A stretch of DNA of 64,000 bases from NCBI GenBank assembly GCA_964016885.1, contig OZ024740.1, forward strand, positions 321,470,001-321,534,000, written 5' to 3'. Shown here piece after piece: positions 41,073-53,570 of this stretch. The first letter of the stretch is position 1, and every line of letters begins with the position of its first letter. The DNA is from Eledone cirrhosa (taxonomy: Eukaryota). The position numbers were made by a program, and so were the translations under genes. The notes under the pieces are model-generated. The model searched no databases. It was given only the letters and a program-made list of their open reading frames with translations, and was not told the DNA's origin.

Positions 41073-44000
41073 ATGGCTGGTTTACGAGGTGGAAGCGTGA
41101 ATGTGCAGGGCCAACTTTTAAACGACCTTAGGTCACACGGTATGGATGTGATAGCCATCACCGAGTCCAGGATCCACAACAGGCAGCAACTAACCCCCAT
41201 CTCCGACGACTTTGAGATCTATGCATCTCTCTGTCAGCCAGAAGGTGGAGTGGCTGTCAGTTTCGGAAGAACCTGGACGTCGAAGTACAGCAAGTACACT
41301 TGGACCCGGAGGGTAGACTGGTAGTCCTAGACGTGAACAGTATTGGAGGTGGAGCCTTCAGACTGGTGGCCGTTTATGCCCCGACCGGGCAATCGCAATC
41401 ACGGCCAGACTTCTTTAAGCGTCTAGAGTCTTTTCTGGGAACGTCTCGTTCCTTACTTTTAGTGGGGGACTGGAATGGTATCCTAGATGCACGATGGGAC
41501 TATGTTGGAGCATGTCCCAGTAGAGCGGGGTGCAACAGCGTCAAAACTTTAATCGGCCAATTCCAACTGGCCGATAGGTATCGACTGGATTTCCCGACTG
41601 CACCACAGTGGACGTGGGCAAACCGCAGTGGGGCATCTAGATCGTATTTAGATAGGTTCTTCATTAGAGAAAGGGACAAGGAGATGTTAAGCTGTCCACG
41701 AATTCACATGGTTGCCTATTTAGATCACAAATTAGTCGTCTGCTTAGTCAACTGTGATAGAACACATAAACAAGGACCCGGATACTGGGAGCTGAACGTG
41801 TCGTTGCCGGCACGTAAAGCTTACAGTGAACGGATAAGTAGACTAGTCAAGCAACAGTTAACAGGAGCCATCGTCAACAATAGATGGTGGTACTCTCTCA
41901 AGAAAGCAATTAGAATAGAATCGATAGGGTTTAGCAGAGAAAAGCAAACTTAGAGAAAAGCAAACTAGAAAGAGAACTAATAGCCAAGGTAGAGGAGGCA
42001 CTTAGAAGTGGCAACGCGGCTAGAGTGTTAGCGTCGAGAACGCCACTGGACCAGTTTTTCGATGCGAAACACGAAGGCTGCGTGGTCAGAAGCAAAACAC
42101 GTGCTCTAGGAAACGAAGGGGCGAAAGCTGTCAGCTGGGCCCGAGTGTCGGAGGCAAAAAGTGGCAACGATTCGGTCTTTGAAAGATCAAAACGGACGCG
42201 TGCTACTTGACCCCAAGCAAATGTGCGCGGCCTTTCAGTAGCATTTTGCGCGACTATTTGAGCAGAACGACGGTGAGCCGAACGGGGCAATGGACTTTAG
42301 TTTATACCTCGACGGCCTGCCGCGTCTCTCGAACACGGACGCCGAGTTCTGCGATAGACCAATCACGGACACTGAGATACGGGACGCTCTGGGCCGCTGC
42401 AGGAAACGCAAGTCACCTGGTCTAGATGGTCTACCCTATGAGTTTTACATAGGCATGCCGGACTTGTTCTCTGGCGTCCTCGAAGCCGTCTACTGTAATT
42501 GGCAGCTGAACGGGAAAATTCCCAGTTCTGCAGCAAAGGGCGTAGTAACGCTGATCAGGAAAGACGAGAACAAGGGGACGAAATTAACAACTTCAGGCCC
42601 ATAACTCAGCTCAACACAGAGTTAAAGATTTTGGCCAAGGTGCTAGCGACGAGGTTGGCGCTTGTCGTCAAGAACCTGGTAGGGAAAGCGCAAACGTGTG
42701 CAATCCCGACCAGGTCAATACACGACAACCTCCACCTCATGCGATACATCATAGAGAGAGTGGGTAGTAAACCCGGCTTCGGTGGGGCTCTGTATAAACT
42801 TGGATCAGTCTAAAGCATTCGATAGGGTCGACCATCGATACTTGGAAGCGGTTCTCAAGGCGGCCGGTTTCGGTCCCGTGTTCAGAGGATGGATCGAGGC
42901 GATTCACACCAGCATCTGCTCGAGGGTCAAGGTGAACGGCTACGTATCGGAGCCGTTCGCAATCACGCGTTCCATTCGACAGGGGTGCCCTCTCTCCTCC
43001 ATTCTGTATGTATTGTCTCTAGAGCCACTACTGCGGAAATTCGAGCTGTTGCAGGGCATCCCTCTAGAACTGGGACTGCGCAAAGCGGCGTCAGCTTATG
43101 CCGACGATGCGACGGTAATGGTGTCGAGCACCTCGGAAATCGGGGTGATCGGCAACTTACTGATCGGAAACGCTGAAGGGAGCAAAACTAAACCCGGACA
43201 AGTCTGTCAGTTTGCAACTCGGTACGTGGAGAGGCAAACCGATGACGTCCGACAGCGTCGTTGGACGCTGGACGGACGGACCTGTGAAATTGTTTGGGGT
43301 CTGGTTCGGTCCAGACCTCCAGGTGGAGAAAACCTGGAACGAGGTCACGGCCAAGGTGTTTGCACTCACCCAGAAGTGGGCAGAGTGCAAACTGTCCTTG
43401 AAAGGTCGAGCGGAGGTGGCGAACACTTTCATAGCGTCCGTCATCTACTACCGCTTGACTGTCGTGCCTTGTCCCCGTGAACACCTCGCCAAGATGGAAC
43501 GCATGCTCTTCCAGTTTCTGTGGAAGAAGCAGGCTCCGCTGGTGAGGAGATCCGTCTGCTGTCAGCACCCTTCCAACGGAGGGCTGGGAATGCCGTGGCT
43601 GATGATGCGCAAACATGCGCTGAGGCTGCGGCATCTCCAGGTATTCCTCACCGACCCCCAACCGGTGTGGGAACCGTTTGTGAGACAGGCTTTCCCACAG
43701 CTCGTCTCGCTGACGGAGCTGCAGTCCTGGGTCAAGAAAAGACCGAAAACAATGGGCGCCTGGCACATTGAATGCGCTCAGGCGCTCACAGTCCTCTGGC
43801 AAGCGGGCGCAGCAATCAGTGGAGACTCCACTTCGACATTCTATAGAGGGATTGTACGTTATAGGAGCGACGACGTGCTCGGAGAGACTCTGGGCGTCGA
43901 AGACGATGAGCTCACCAGTCTGTTTGGTAGGACTTTTCGCCCGGGACCTATGGACAACTTCCAGAGGTCCCTGGCCTGGCAGTGCTACCGAGGAGCTCTA

Positions 44001-44463
44001 CCGGTTCGTGACAAGATCTACAGGCAGGGATCCTTCCAAGAGGACGTGTCCAAGATGCGCGCAGGACATTGAAACAGTCCTGCATGCAATTATACACTGC
44101 CCGGGCGTAACCGACCTGTGGAACGATGCAGAACAACTGCTGTCGCGTATGGGACAAATCCAGTTGACTGCCGAGTCCATAGTAAGGATCAAACCGCCAG
44201 CCTCTTTCAAAAACGAAAGAGAGGCGGTTTTCCTCTGTACGGTGGCTATGGTGAAAGAAGTTATATGGTGGATGAGGTTGAGAGGACTGAGGACAGATGC
44301 CTTTCTCTCCGGACAACAATTGATTCCCTTCTTTAAGTATCACTTTAGAAGGAGAATCAGGGTGGAGAGAGAGGCACTGCACCCCAGTAAATTTACTGAA
44401 AGGTGGGTGAATGAAGCGAAAATGGCCCGAGTGATTGGGCCTTCTCTGTTTATAAGCCTGTAG
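41073..44463 (+). pseudogene. Tx1 ORF2 (AP endonuclease + reverse transcriptase + zinc finger), frameshifted
   Basis: DVIAITE, VYAP, GDWN, SYLDRF, LDH, KSPGLDGLPYEFY, FRPITQLN, DQSKAFDRV, QGCPLS, YADD, GGLGMP and CPRC..ETVLH..HC. Confidence 0.9.
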
Positions 44464-44696
44464 GTTGAAGAAGAGAGCAAAAGGAAGAAAGGAGAACTTG
44501 CACAACACGCTCCTGAAATTGAGGGTTGTTCTATCGACGGGGTATTAAACAACCCATTTGTGGCGCCTCCCCCCTATTGGGGATTTCGATTGTTGTAATT
44601 GTTTGTTTTTATATTTTTTACACGACTGTATGTAAAATCCCCGGCATGTCTTTGTATTGTCCCCTTTTCTTGTGCGCCCTTGTGGCTAATAAAGAA

Positions 44697-44776
<80 letters not shown>

Positions 44777-44787
44777 CGCTCTGTGTG

Positions 44788-45670
44788 TACTTCGACATTC
44801 TATAGAGGGATTGTACGTGACAAGGGCGACGACGTGCTCGGAGAGACTCTGGGCGTCGAAGACGATGAGCTCACCAGTATGTTTGGTAGGACTTTCCGCC
44901 CGGGACCTATGGACAACTTCCAGAGGTCCCTGGCCTGGCAGTGCTACCGAGGAGCTCTACCGGTTCGTGACAAGATCTACAGGCACGGACGCCCTGGCAG
45001 GGATCCTTCCAAGAGGACGTGTCCAAGATGTGCGCAAGACATTGAAACAGTTCTGCACGCAATTGTACACTGCCCGGGCGTAAGCGACCTGTGGAACTAT
45101 GCAGAACAACTGCTGTCGCGTATGGGACAAATACAGTTGACTGCCGAGTCCATAGTAAGGATCAAACCGCCAGACTCTTTCAAAAACGAAAGAGAGGCGG
45201 TTTTCCTCTGTACGGTGGCTATGGTGAAAGAAGTTATATGGTGGACGAGGTTGAGAGGACTGAGGACAGATGCCTTTCTCTCCGGACAACAATTGATTCC
45301 CTTCTTTAAGTATCACTTTAGAAGGAGAATCAGGGTGGAGAGAGAGGCACTGCACCCCAGTAAATTTACTGAAAGGTGGGTGAATAAAGCGAAAATGGCC
45401 CGAGTGATTGGGCCTTCTCTGTTTATAAGCCTGTAGGTTGAGGAAGAGAGCAAAAGGAAGAAAGGAGCACTTGCACAACACGCTCCTCGAGTTGAGGGTT
45501 GTTCTATCGACGGGGTATTAAACAACCCATTTGTGGCGCCTCCCCCCTATTGGGGATTTCGATTGTTGAAATTGTTTGTTTTTATATTTTTTACACGACT
45601 GTATGTAAAATCCCCGGCATGTCTTTGTATTGTCCCCTTTCTTGTTGCGCCCTTGTGGCTAATAAAAAAA

Positions 45671-45737
<67 letters not shown>
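44788..45737 (+). mobile_element. 5'-truncated second copy of the Tx1 element
   Basis: Near-identical to 43830-44775 and ends in (ATCT)n. Confidence 0.9.
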
Positions 45738-45738
<1 letters not shown>

Positions 45739-46079
45739 CGCTCTGTGTGTGTGTGTATAACCTCATTTCTAGCTTTTCATTATTTGTTTGTAAAAGAATA
45801 ACTGAATTCATTTCTATTTTTCTTGCAATAAAGCACAACAGTATCCTTATCGTCACTTAGTTATGTTGTTATCTCATTAAAACTAAGTAGCATTCAACCT
45901 ATATTACAACAATTAGATAATTATACTTCCACTAAACACTTCTGGACTCCTCTGACATTGTATATGTATGTATTAGTTAATAACCGGTTGTACTATTAAA
46001 GGACCTTTGCACTGTCTCACTTATTATAATAAGTGTCATTCCACTGGCATTCTTCATCACATTCCAGCATCGTTCAGCT

Positions 46080-46330
46080 ACAGACTATCTACAGATCTCT
46101 GACTGGCCCCAACTGACACCATCTACAGACCTCAAACTTGCTCCAACACATTCCATCTCAGACAAGCCCCAATACAGTTAAACTATAAGCCACAAACTGG
46201 CCGCAACACAGATCATCTACAGACCTCAAACTGGGCCCAATACAGCCCATCTTCAGATCTCGGACAGGCCCCAACGTAGTTAAACTATACATTTCTGACT
46301 GGTCCCAACACATTCCAACCATTTACTACA
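46080..46330. repeat. Degenerate short tandem repeat
   Basis: Recurrent catctacagacctcaaactgg..ccaa.aca. Confidence 0.55.
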
Positions 46331-46414
46331 GACTGAAAGCAGGCTCATTGATATCTTCGCCATAAACATCAACAATGACATCGATTAGCCAGTGGCACTG
46401 ATATAACAGAGATA

Positions 46415-46997
46415 ACTTTCTTTTTATTTGCCACCAGGGCATCAAAAAGTGGGACAAGTACAATGGGGGGAGTTTACATAAAAAGGCGTCCTCAATAAGG
46501 AGGAGGCAATAACAAGATATAAAAATAAAATAAAATATAACAAAAATAAATTTAATAACAAAATCCTCAATAGGGAGGAGGCGCCTTGGGGGTCGCACAC
46601 ACCCCCCGAAAAAAAGTGTGCAACCCTTCCTCAGGAGCAAAGAGAGGGGGTGCTCCCTTGATCTTTCATCTTCCTCACCTATAGTCTGATGTAGAGTGAA
46701 GGCCCATTCACACGGGCCATTCTCGCCACTTTCACCCATCTTTCATAAAAACGGGCTGGGGTGCAGCACCTCTCTCTCCATCCTGATCCTTCTTCCGAAG
46801 TGATATCGGAAGAAACGGACCAGTTGTTGGCCAGAGATAGAGGTGTCTGACCTCAGTCCTTTCAGACGCGTCCACCATACAACCTCTTTCGCCATGGCTA
46901 TTACGCACAGAAACACCGCCTCTCCTTCGTTTTTGAAGAGGGGAGGCGGCTTGATCGTTACAATAGACTCGGTGGTCAACCGGATCGGTCCCACCCT
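46415..46997 (-). mobile_element. Diverged 5'-truncated Tx1 copy, opposite orientation
   Basis: IRLTTESIVTIKPP..EAVFLC..RRIRMEREVLHPS. Its 5' end abuts (GATA)n. Confidence 0.85.
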
Positions 46998-47060
46998 TCA
47001 GAGATAGATAGATAAATAGGTAGCTAGCTTGCTAGCCAGATAGATAGATAGAGAGAGAGA

Positions 47061-47159
<99 letters not shown>

Positions 47160-47583
47160 AAGGGAGTGAAAGAGTGAGAGAAATAGGGAGTGAAAGGGTG
47201 AGAGAGAGAGAAAAGGAGACAGAGAGAGAGAGAGAAAGGGCGAGAGAAAGAGAGAGAAAGGAAGGGAGTGAAAGAGTGAGAGAAATAGGGAGTGAAAGGG
47301 TGAGAGAGAGAGAGAAAAGGAGACAGAGAGAGAGAGAAAGGGCGAGAGAAAGAGAAAAGAGGGGGAGAGAAAGGGTGAGAGAGAGAGAGGAGAAAAAGGG
47401 CGAGAGAAAGAGAAAAAGGGGGTGAGAGAGAGAGAAAGAGAGAGAGAGGGAGAGAGAGGGAGAGAGAGGGAGAGAGAGGGAGAGAGAGGGGGGCAATTAA
47501 CAAAGTAATACACAAAATAAAAATAAGATAAAATAAAATAAAATATAAAATATAAAAATCTTAAAGAAACATAAGTGACTTAC

Positions 47584-47635
47584 TTTGGCTGATGGTGATG
47601 GCTGGAGCATAGATGACCACTGACATATAGAGGAT
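47584..47635 (-). CDS. SLC5A8-like: SLC5/SSS transporter internal exon, 52 nt
   Basis: ttgtag|ILYMSVVIYAPAITISQ A|gtaagt. LY..V.YAPA motif. Its phase 1 end matches the exon at 18713-18780. Confidence 0.9.
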
Positions 47636-48331
47636 CTACAATAGAAAGTTAGGACATTGTGTTACCATGGTGATGGCCGGAGCATAGATGACCACTGACA
47701 TATAGAGGATCTACAATAGAAAGTTAGGACATTGTGTTACCATGGTGATGGCCGGAGCATAGATGACCACTGACATATAGAGGATCTACAATAGAAAGTT
47801 AGGACATTGTGTTACCATGGTGATGGCCGGAGCATAGATGACCACTGACATATAGAGGATCTACAATAGAAAGTTAGGACATTGTGTTACCATGGTGATG
47901 GCCGGAGCATAGATGACCACTGACATATAGAGGATCTACAATAGAAAGTTAGGACATTGTGTTACCATGGTGATGGCCGGAGCATAGATGACCACTGACA
48001 TATAGAGGATCTACAATAGAAAGTTAGGACATTGTGTTACCATGGTGATGGCCGGAGCATAGATGACCACTGACATATAGAGGATCTACAATAGAAAGTT
48101 AGGACATTGTGTTACCATGGTGATGGCCGGAGCATAGATGACCACTGACATATAGAGGATCTACAATAGAAAGTTAGGACATTGTGTTACCATGGTGATG
48201 GCCGGAGCATAGATGACCACTGACATATAGAGGATCTACAATAGAAAGTTAGGACATTGTGTTACCATGGTGATGGCTGGAGCATAGATGACCACTGACA
48301 TATAGAGGATCTACAATAGAAAGTTAGGACA
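47592..48331. repeat. 75-bp tandem repeat (about 10 copies) made of the exon and its splice acceptor
   Basis: aggatctaca at 47631, 47706, 47781 and every 75 bp up to 48306. Confidence 0.97.
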
Positions 48332-49190
48332 GGGCTCGGGTTGTGCCACAGGGCTCGTGTTGTGCCACAGGGCTCGGGTTGTGCCACTGGGCTCGGGTTG
48401 TGTCATAGGGCTCGTGTTGTGCCACAGGGCTCGGGTTGTGCCACAGACTCGAGTTGTGACACTTGGCTCGAGTAGTGACACAGCTCGAATTGTGACACTG
48501 GGCTCTAATTATTCCATTGAGTTCGGGTAGTGACATAGAGCTCAAGTTGAGCCACTGGGCTCTAGTTATTCCATTGGGCTTGGGTAGTGACACAGAGCTC
48601 AAGTTGAGCCACTGGGCTCTAGTTATTCCATTGGGCTTGGGTAGTGACACAGAGCTCAAGTTGAGCCACTGGCTCTAGTTATTCCATTGGGCTTGGGTAG
48701 TGACACAGAGCTCAAGTTGAGCCACTGGGCTCTAGTTATTCTATTGGGTTCGGGTAGTGACACAGAGCTCAAGTTGAGCCACTGGGCTCTAGTTATTCCA
48801 TTGGGCTTGGGTAGTGACACAGAGCTCAAGTTGAGCCACTGGGCTCTAGTTATTCTATTGGGTTCGGGTAGTGACATAGAGCTCAAGTTGAGCCACTGGG
48901 CTTCTAGTTATTCCATTTGGCTCGGCTAGTGACACAGAGCTCAAGTTGAGCCACTGGGCTCTAGTTATTCCATTGGGCTTGGGTAGTGACACAGAGCTCA
49001 AGTTGAGCCACTGGGCTCTAGTTATTCCATTTGGCTCGGGTAGTGACAAAGGGCTCGAGTTGTGCTACTCGGCTCGAGGTGTGACACTGGGCTTGAGAGT
49101 GACACAGAGCTCGAGTAGTGCCACTGGGATAGAGTTGTGCCGTCGGGCTCGAGTTATTTCACTGGGCTCCGATTGTGCCACTGGGCTCGA
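48332..49190. repeat. 19-bp minisatellite with central 57-bp higher-order unit
   Basis: gggctcgggttgtgccaca monomers at the edges. gagctcaagttgagccactgggctctagttattccattgggcttgggtagtgacaca repeated about 9 times in the centre. Confidence 0.92.
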
Positions 49191-49649
49191 TTAAGACTTT
49201 GGCTTTTCAATAGTTTAAATCTGTCAGACTTTAACATTCATGGTGAACATTGCAGTTCTACAGCCCATGTAATATATGTAGTTGTGGTCTATATTTGGGC
49301 GTGGTGTATATGTGGGTGTGGTGTATATGTGGGTGTGGTCTAAATGTAGGTGTGGTCTAAATGTAGGTGTGGTCTGTATGCAGGTGCAGTCTGTATGTAG
49401 GTGTGCTGTACATGCAGCGTGTGATTAAGCGTGTTATGTTCTTGTTGTTTAACTCTAGGTCAGCTCTCTTTCTCTTTCTCCTTCACACGCACACACACAC
49501 GTGCACACACACATGACACGTACATACAGACATGTCGCACAGCTAGATCGACCCCGAAAATGCAAAAGCAAATCACATTTCATGGCTCTGGTGGACAAAT
49601 GGCGGCTATATAGGAGAGATTCACAGGAAGAACCAGTTTGAATATCAGT

Positions 49650-49981
49650 AGTTATAGAGTATAGCTATTTTGTAGAGTGTAGCTATGTTGTAGAGTGAGA
49701 GTGCAGAGTGTAGAGTATAGAGTGTAGCTATGCTGTAGAGTGGAGCTATGTTGTAGAGTGTAGCTATATTGTAGAGTGTAGAGTGTAAGTGTAGAGTCTA
49801 GAGTGCTAGAGTGCAGCTACGTTGTACTTGTAGCTGTAGAATGTAGAGTGCAGCCATATTGGAGTTGTAGAGGGTAGAGTGTAGCTGTAGAATGTAGAGT
49901 GTAGAATGCAGCCATATTGGAGTTTTAGAGTGTAGCCATCTTGTAGATGTAGAGTGAAATTATGTTATAGAGTGTAGAGTG
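49650..49981. repeat. (TAGAGTG)-based degenerate satellite
   Basis: Repeated tagagtg / tagctatgttg. Confidence 0.8.
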
Positions 49982-50419
49982 TTAACAGTTCTTGCGAATA
50001 ACGGACACCATCCTAATTACAATGAGTACGGAAGTAGTTCGTAGACCCAGGACAACATATGTTTCTAATGCTATGGATTCGAAAAGGAGACAATCAGCAT
50101 CGTGGATCTCGTTCTCAATTATCATCAGATCCCCCAGCCCCACCCGCAAGACCCGATATGCGTTTGACAATAAACTTATCAAAGAGTGACCGGTACATTG
50201 TTATACGATCTTCAGTCAGTCGAGCGACGAGTTCTGGGCCTGACGCTGATTTCCCTCTTCTCTATTTCTCTTATTTCTACTTCAACTTCGCTGTATTGTA
50301 TTGCTTTTTCATATTTACAAAAGAAAACACCCTAAAACAACAACAAAAATAACGACAACAATTGCAACAACAACAACAATAAAGATAACACGAACAAAAG
50401 CAACAACAATAACAACCAT

Positions 50420-50454
<35 letters not shown>

Positions 50455-50602
50455 CACCACCACCACCACCACCACCTCCATCATCAAATTAATTGTCCGC
50501 ACAATATTTATTAAACTAAGACCTGTTGGTATTTTACTAATCGCTGTTCAAAGGTAAAATGTGAATATCAAACTGGGATGAGGGACACACACACACAGAC
50601 AC

Positions 50603-50633
<31 letters not shown>

Positions 50634-50715
50634 AGTGCATGTGTGCGTATGTGCGTATATGCGCGCGCGCGAGTGTGTATGGGATCACAGCACATGAATA
50701 AAATATTTTGTTACT

Positions 50716-50766
<51 letters not shown>

Positions 50767-50874
50767 AATGTTAGGGCGTCAACAACAGCCCAGGTTCAGT
50801 TGGTTCAGGACTAACCGGTTAACATGGCTGCCGTGGGATTGACTGATACATATAAAACATACCACACACATAGA

Positions 50875-50910
<36 letters not shown>

Positions 50911-50923
50911 TACATACATAGAT

Positions 50924-50995
<72 letters not shown>

Positions 50996-51461
50996 AAATA
51001 TCGGTCAAATGTCATCAATCTGTTTATGTTTTGTTCATGTCATTCCTTAACTTTCACCGAGTCACGTCTTATATAGACATGGCTGAGTGGTTAAGGCAAC
51101 CACTTCTCAGGTATGGGGTTTCGGGTTCGAGTACCTTTATATAGGCCAAGATGCTCCATAGTGAGATCGGACCTGTGTGAGAAGCTCCCTGCCATGACCT
51201 CTTTTAAGAACAGAATATATTGCTTTTTGTTCTCAACCGTTTAGTCATGGAGGGAGGGAGGGAGGGAGGGAGGGAGGGAGGGAGAGATCTTTGAAATATA
51301 GTTAGGATTCTCTCTTCCCTTTTTGTCCGGTAACTCCTGATTGAATTGTAGGAGCACGGTAGTGACATACGGCGTTTCTTGGCTTTTTTTAAACATAGCG
51401 CAGCTCACACCCTCTTCAGGTTTGAATACAACCAATTTCTTTCAGAGAGAGCGAGCGAGCG

Positions 51462-51546
<85 letters not shown>

Positions 51547-51548
<2 letters not shown>

Positions 51549-51705
51549 ATCGACCCAGTACTGCAGTGGTACATTTTTATCGACCTCGAAAGGGTAAAAG
51601 GCAAAGTTCACCTCAGCAGGACTTGAATTCAGAGCGCAGAGAACCGAAACAAGTACAACAAAGCATTCTATCCGATGTTCTAACGACTCTGCCAATTTGC
51701 CGTCA
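51547..51705 (-). mobile_element. tRNA-derived SINE
   Basis: Same core as 9800. Confidence 0.65.
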
Positions 51706-51743
51706 GTTAAGATTCAAATTTGGTTATTTTTTTAATTTATATA

Positions 51744-52635
51744 CTAGCATTAAAGCCCGGCGTTGCTCGGGGTCATTAAGTTACCAAAGTTAGGTTGCAC
51801 CACCCATTTTATGGCAGCACTTTTTTGTCTGCCAGGCACAGGGTGAATGAATTGCAGACCTGGAAGCATGAGCTGCGCCAGCAGTGACAATTGTAGTTTC
51901 GCCTATGGATATTATCTCTGTGCAAAAAAGTGTTGAAATTTATTGGTTCACAGTACTTGCGCAACACGCGCGTAGATGATGCCAGCCGAACAACAGAGCT
52001 GCGATGGAGTTGTTCTGCATGGTTGTCTGTGTGTTTTCTAAATTTAAGATAGTAGGGAGGGTTGTGATATGAGGGAGAGTTAGCTGTTGTTTCCAGCAGG
52101 TTTAGTGACCTCATAGAGGATATGTGTTTTCTAAATTTAAGACAGTAGGGAGTGGTGTGATATGGGGGAGAGTTAGCTGCTGTTTCTAGCAGGTTTAGTG
52201 ACCTCATAGAAGATATGTTTTCTAAATTTAAGACAGTAGGGAGGGGTGTGATATGGGGAGAGTTAGCTGCTGTTTCTAGCAGGTTTAGTAACCTCATAGA
52301 GGATATGTGTTTTCTAAATTTAAGACAGTAGGGAGTGGTGTGAACGGACAGTATCACCATCAAGCTTGGAAAGAGAAAGTAGCAGAAAGTATGAAGTTGT
52401 ATAGATTTTGAATGGTAGTAGAAAGAGTTCAGCAGTTTAAATAAGAGAGAAAATCGTAAAATATTGAGTTTTATCTATTTTTTGCGTAATTGTGGGTGAA
52501 ATTGAAAAAATTATCTGCGTCAAGACGCAATCGAAACTATTTCGAATTCTGAATTGTAATTTTCAATTGAAGAAATTCTATATCGTAGATTTCTATAACG
52601 AAGGAGCATGACCACACACTGAGCTTTATAGATTA
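51744..52635 (-). mobile_element. Non-autonomous Helitron with internal ~94-bp tandem repeats
   Basis: Minus 3' end CCCGAGcaacgCCGGG..CTAG|T. ttttctaaatttaaga repeats four times in 52030-52340. Confidence 0.7.
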
Positions 52636-53354
52636 TGATTCGCTTCATGTCGTGAGACGAGTCATTGCTTTAGGGGTGTGTTAGAAAGCCTGCCTTGGCA
52701 TAGTGGAACAACTTGTATCCTTGGCGGTGTCATAGGAAAGCTTGATTTGGTGTGGTGTTGTGGGAAAGCCAGTTCTGGTGTGGTGCTCCAACATGTACCT
52801 ATGAGGTGTCGTGAGAAATTCTGTCATGGTGTTGTGTCACAACTTGTATCTTTGGCAGTGTCCTAGGAATGTCTGTTCTGGCGTGGTGTCATGTGACATC
52901 AGGGTTACTTTTGATGTCATCAATCCACTTTTTCAAAGTGACCAGACATACGTGACCAGACATACTTATGTTATACACACGATGGGCTGGTTGGTGGGTT
53001 GGGTGGCATTCTGGTGATGCGTTCGAGCCATTGTACACTTTGTTGTATGTGGCGATGGTTTTCTTGATTTTTTCGTTTCTGATCCTATCTCGTCTGCTCT
53101 CGTTGACAGCTTCTGTCAGTGAATCTCATAAGCCGGGATTTTGTGCTGTAGAGGTTTAGTCAGGGTCCAGGTTTAGCAGATGTTATATGGTTGTAAGTAA
53201 TGACAACTGAGTTGATTGCTCTTAGTTTTAGTTCCCCTAGGTCGGAGCTCTGGTCCTCAAGGCCAGTTATTTTTTTGTTATACGCACGATGGAAAAGTCG
53301 GCATTTTCGTTGGGGATAGATATCTTAATTTTTATTATTTTAGGGAGCGAAAGG

Positions 53355-53570
53355 GGCGGTGGATTGGCAGTCTCGGTAGAGAGTCGGACATGCTTTACAG
53401 CATAGAGTTACCGCCCTTTACAGTCTGAGTTCAAATCTCGCCGAGGTTAACTTTGCTTTTCATCCTTACGGGGTCGATAAAATAAAGCACCAGTAATGTA
53501 CTGGTTCGATTTAATTGACTTCCCCCTCCCCCAAATTACTGGACTTGTGCCTATACTAGGAATCATTATT
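53355..53570 (+). mobile_element. Full-length tRNA-derived SINE
   Basis: ggcggtggattggcag..gagttcaaatctcgccgagg..gtcgataaaataaag..attatt. Confidence 0.8.

Larger units (their letters stand above)
38914..44775 (+). mobile_element. Full-length Tx1/L1-clade non-LTR retrotransposon (disrupted ORFs) in (ATCT)n
   Basis: ORF1 with CCHC knuckle. ORF2 with APE, RT and C-terminal zinc finger. AATAAA followed by (ATCT)n. Confidence 0.92.

Noticed and set aside
47636-47665. 30-nt GT..AG spacers as true micro-introns
   Set aside because: They are below the usual metazoan minimum intron length, so adjacent copies are unlikely to be spliced to each other.
47592-49190. CRISPR-like array, or repeat-protein ORFs at 48324-49049
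   Set aside because: There are no unique spacers and the context is eukaryotic. The ORFs arise because the 57-bp unit is a multiple of three.
51078-51140. tRNA gene
   Set aside because: A- and B-box-like motifs are present but there is no cloverleaf or acceptor stem. This is a SINE head.
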